From: Candidatus Latescibacterota bacterium
Lineage (GTDB): Bacteria > Latescibacterota > UBA2968 > UBA8231
Reading direction: 5' to 3'
Assembly (NCBI GenBank): GCA_965219385.1
Contig: CBDCNM010000002.1
Span: forward strand, 3,420,305 to 3,484,304
DNA length: 64,000 bases
In this document: piece by piece, positions 61,438 to 64,000 of the stretch
Numbering within the stretch: position 1 is the first letter of the stretch
Layout of the letters: each line of letters starts with the position of its first letter
Notes under the pieces: model-generated
Told to the model about the DNA's origin: nothing
The model's database searches: none
What the model saw: only the letters and a program-made list of their open reading frames with translations
Translations under genes and position numbers: made by a program

Positions 61438-62718
61438 CTAGTCTGTTATAATGTCTTTGGGGGGATGGAGGGCAGGATGAGGTGGGATGTGCCTGATGGT
61501 GATCCACAAAGCCCTAAAGGTGTGGACTAAAAAGGTGAGGATGGCCCAGACAGCTACCAGATAATGGGCTTCGAGGAAATAACCACTCACCAGGCCCACC
61601 AGCCACAGGAAAACGATATTGACACGGCGAGCGGCAAAACGCCGGAAATAGAATTCGAAATAGGTATAATCGTACAACATGGTCTTATGGGCCCTCTTGA
61701 ACATCATACACACGGCGCGTTCCACGGAGTAGATTACCATAAAAACAACCCCTGCCCAAAACGGCGGTTCGTTCAGATCGCCGTTCGAGAGATGGTAGCC
61801 GATAAAAAGCACCGAGGCTTCAAGTGTAACAAAATTCAATACTGAATCCAGGGCGCCGCCGAATTCGCCCACGCGATGCGTCAGGCGGGCAAGTAATCCA
61901 TCAATTGAATCGCAAAGCAGCACGACGATAAAACTCACCAGGCCCAGCCATGGCCTTTCGAAGGCAAAGAACGCCGCGGCCAAAATAGAGACCAGCGAAC
62001 CAATTACTGTAATTTGATTGGGCGCAACGCGGGTCGACGCTATCTTGTCGACCAGCCAGCGGACCAGATACTTGTATCCACGCCACCTGGAAACAAACTC
62101 GACGGAATCTTTGAAGGCCGTCTCATACAGCGATACGTACGACGCCCGAACCGTAGCCTCATCCACGACACGCATCAAAAGCGGCCGGGTATGGGAACGA
62201 AGATCGGCATTGTAAACATTCAGCCGGTCCGTCGGTAGGGCGCGAATCCTGCCGTTGGAGATGGCCTGTTGCAGAGCCGGGGATAGCCCTTCTCGTTCCA
62301 GAGATTCGAGCCAGGACAAATCCTCTTTGGCCAGCAGGGCTCCCACCGGACCTTCGGCCCTATCGGGATCGCATGCAACAACAGAAGATCCGGAAGAAAT
62401 CAATCCCCCAAGTATGCGGCTATCGCAGACCGTATTCCCCTCCAAGGCGACAACCTTATCATCGGCTTCTCTCAAACAATTGACCAGATGTCGAAGCGGA
62501 TTTTCGGGCCATTCTCGCTGGTGGACGATGATTTCATAACGCGGCCTTAAATCCGCTCGGAATGTCGACCCCACATCCACGCCGGGTCTGGAGACGATCA
62601 CCGCCTCATCGATACCCGCATCCGCGCAGGTGCGCACAAGACGCTCCAGCACCGTCATCCCATAAAGGCGCTCTCCAGATCCCGGCTGGGTGGCATCAAT
62701 CCATGCTAGCATTATCAA
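61438..62718 (-). CDS. CDP-alcohol phosphotransferase with N-terminal NTP-transferase-like domain
   Basis: PNQIT, DSIDGLLARLT...GGALD signature; TM C-terminal half. Confidence 0.85.
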   Translation of the reverse strand: MIMLAWIDATQPGSGERLYGMTVLERLVRTCADAGIDEAVIVSRPGVDVGSTFRADLRPRYEIIVHQREWPENPLRHLVNCLREADDKVVALEGNTVCDSRILGGLISSGSSVVACDPDRAEGPVGALLAKEDLSWLESLEREGLSPALQQAISNGRIRALPTDRLNVYNADLRSHTRPLLMRVVDEATVRASYVSLYETAFKDSVEFVSRWRGYKYLVRWLVDKIASTRVAPNQITVIGSLVSILAAAFFAFERPWLGLVSFIVVLLCDSIDGLLARLTHRVGEFGGALDSVLNFVTLEASVLFIGYHLSNGDLNEPPFWAGVVFMVIYSVERAVCMMFKRAHKTMLYDYTYFEFYFRRFAARRVNIVFLWLVGLVSGYFLEAHYLVAVWAILTFLVHTFRALWITIRHIPPHPALHPPKDIITD

Positions 62719-63893
62719 TCACCTGTCTTTAACATTGAGCTGGCAAAATCCACTATCTTCTCGGCTCGTTTTTCCCAGGTAAATACCCTGGACAATTCCC
62801 GGGCATTCAGGGCAATTCGCTCCATCGATGCACGATCGGAAAAAAATGCCCTGATTGCTTCCGAGTTTTCTTGGGGCGAATCGGGCTTGAGCAGAAACGC
62901 GGTCTTGCCATGTTGAAGGATTTCAGCGGTATCTTTTATATCGGGCGCGAGTATGGGAACGCCCGAGGCAATATACATATACGTTTTTAAAGGCAGAACC
63001 GTGTTGCCCGCCTCCAATAGCGGTTTGCCGGTGGGAGGTATAATGACGCAATCAGCAGCGAGCAAAAAGGGATAGACCTCGGCGGGCGGGACCCACTCGA
63101 AGATCTCGATATTTTTTATTTCCAGTTTATTGGCCAGTTTTTTCAGCCGGGTTATGTCTTTCTTGTATTTGCCTCCCACCAGAAAAAAGGTAAATTCAGG
63201 GAGGTATCGGGCCATTTCGAGAATCGACTCCATGCCTTTGGATTTGCCGATATTGCCCACATATGATATCACCCTTGAATCTTCGGGAATTTTCAGGGCC
63301 TGTCTCGCTTGTGCTCTATCTAAACTCGCGGGGATCTCAAAGCGCTCTATGCCATTGTGGATGGTCACTATCTTTTCCGGGTTGGCACCCATGGAAACCC
63401 AGTAGTCCCTCGCCAGTTTGGAATGCATAATTACGCCCATAAAATTAGGCTTTTCATTAAGTAAATGAATGATTCTTCTGCTTCTCTCCTCCTCGGCCCT
63501 GTATTTATATGTTTCGTATAAAACCGTCATGTGCCTTGCCAGGCCCATCTTGAGGTGCCAGTAATTCCTCACGCACAAGAAATCATACCCCCGGTCTTTG
63601 ATGATATTCAAAGCCAGATGGGTTAGTGGAAAGCGGTGAATTTTTTTGATCAAAGGCAAGGGCGAAAAAAGTTCTACCACCTTAAAATTGCTCGACAGGC
63701 CATAATACTGTTGCAAGTTTTCCAGCCGACAACTTGCTTTTATTCTAGTGTATTTCCAGGGTATGGGGATAAACAAATGGGCTTCAAGCCCAAATCTCTG
63801 GAGGGCGTCAACCGTCTTTGCCACTTGATTGGTGGCGACGGCGTTGGAAGGAAATATCAGATCTGAATAATAGGCACATTTCAGATGGGTCAT
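62715..63893 (-). CDS. Glycosyltransferase family 4
   Basis: IHNG, YVGNI..SKG, PLKTYMYIASGVPI GT-B motifs. Confidence 0.88.
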   Translation of the reverse strand: MTHLKCAYYSDLIFPSNAVATNQVAKTVDALQRFGLEAHLFIPIPWKYTRIKASCRLENLQQYYGLSSNFKVVELFSPLPLIKKIHRFPLTHLALNIIKDRGYDFLCVRNYWHLKMGLARHMTVLYETYKYRAEEERSRRIIHLLNEKPNFMGVIMHSKLARDYWVSMGANPEKIVTIHNGIERFEIPASLDRAQARQALKIPEDSRVISYVGNIGKSKGMESILEMARYLPEFTFFLVGGKYKKDITRLKKLANKLEIKNIEIFEWVPPAEVYPFLLAADCVIIPPTGKPLLEAGNTVLPLKTYMYIASGVPILAPDIKDTAEILQHGKTAFLLKPDSPQENSEAIRAFFSDRASMERIALNARELSRVFTWEKRAEKIVDFASSMLKTGD

Positions 63894-64000
63894 TATATGG
63901 CCTATCTCGGTGGGGGTGAAAGCGGGGGAATATCGGGCTTTCCAAGGCCGACAGCCGGGCTTAGACAGGCGGCTCCAGAGCTCTGGATGACTTTGCTAAA

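Overview
A mostly GC-rich bacterial chromosomal window. The gene mix (FlgD-Ig-tailed secreted protein, many Gfo/Idh/MocA, aldo/keto reductase, creatininase and PhyH paralogues) suggests a Latescibacterota/FCB-like organism; this is inference only. It holds housekeeping genes (5' end of a parE/gyrB-type topoisomerase, DEAD helicase, gltX, thpR, sppA, metG, uvrA), long catabolic runs, and an AT-richer cell-surface cluster at the right end. A defence island at about 30.3-41.3 kb has Type III R-M mod and res split by about 3.9 kb of cargo: Fic, an unknown 116-aa protein, a broken MBL hydrolase, a second Fic, and an MNT-HEPN pair. Signals not explained by the ORF list: (1) two near-identical sigma70 promoters 28 kb apart, each with a GAAC-N4-GTTC (LexA/Cheo-type) box in the spacer, one ahead of parE and one ahead of an unknown 101-aa protein ending in Ala-Ala; (2) six copies of a modular MITE with CAGTACTTCACG ends and 5-bp target duplications; (3) a second, CTAG-flanked MITE family; (4) a secreted haem c + PHM/DBH-type copper monooxygenase fusion; (5) an internally collapsed tandem paralogue; (6) IS200 and radA scars. 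No rRNA, tRNA or CRISPR array was seen. All calls come from reading motifs by eye; no searches were run.
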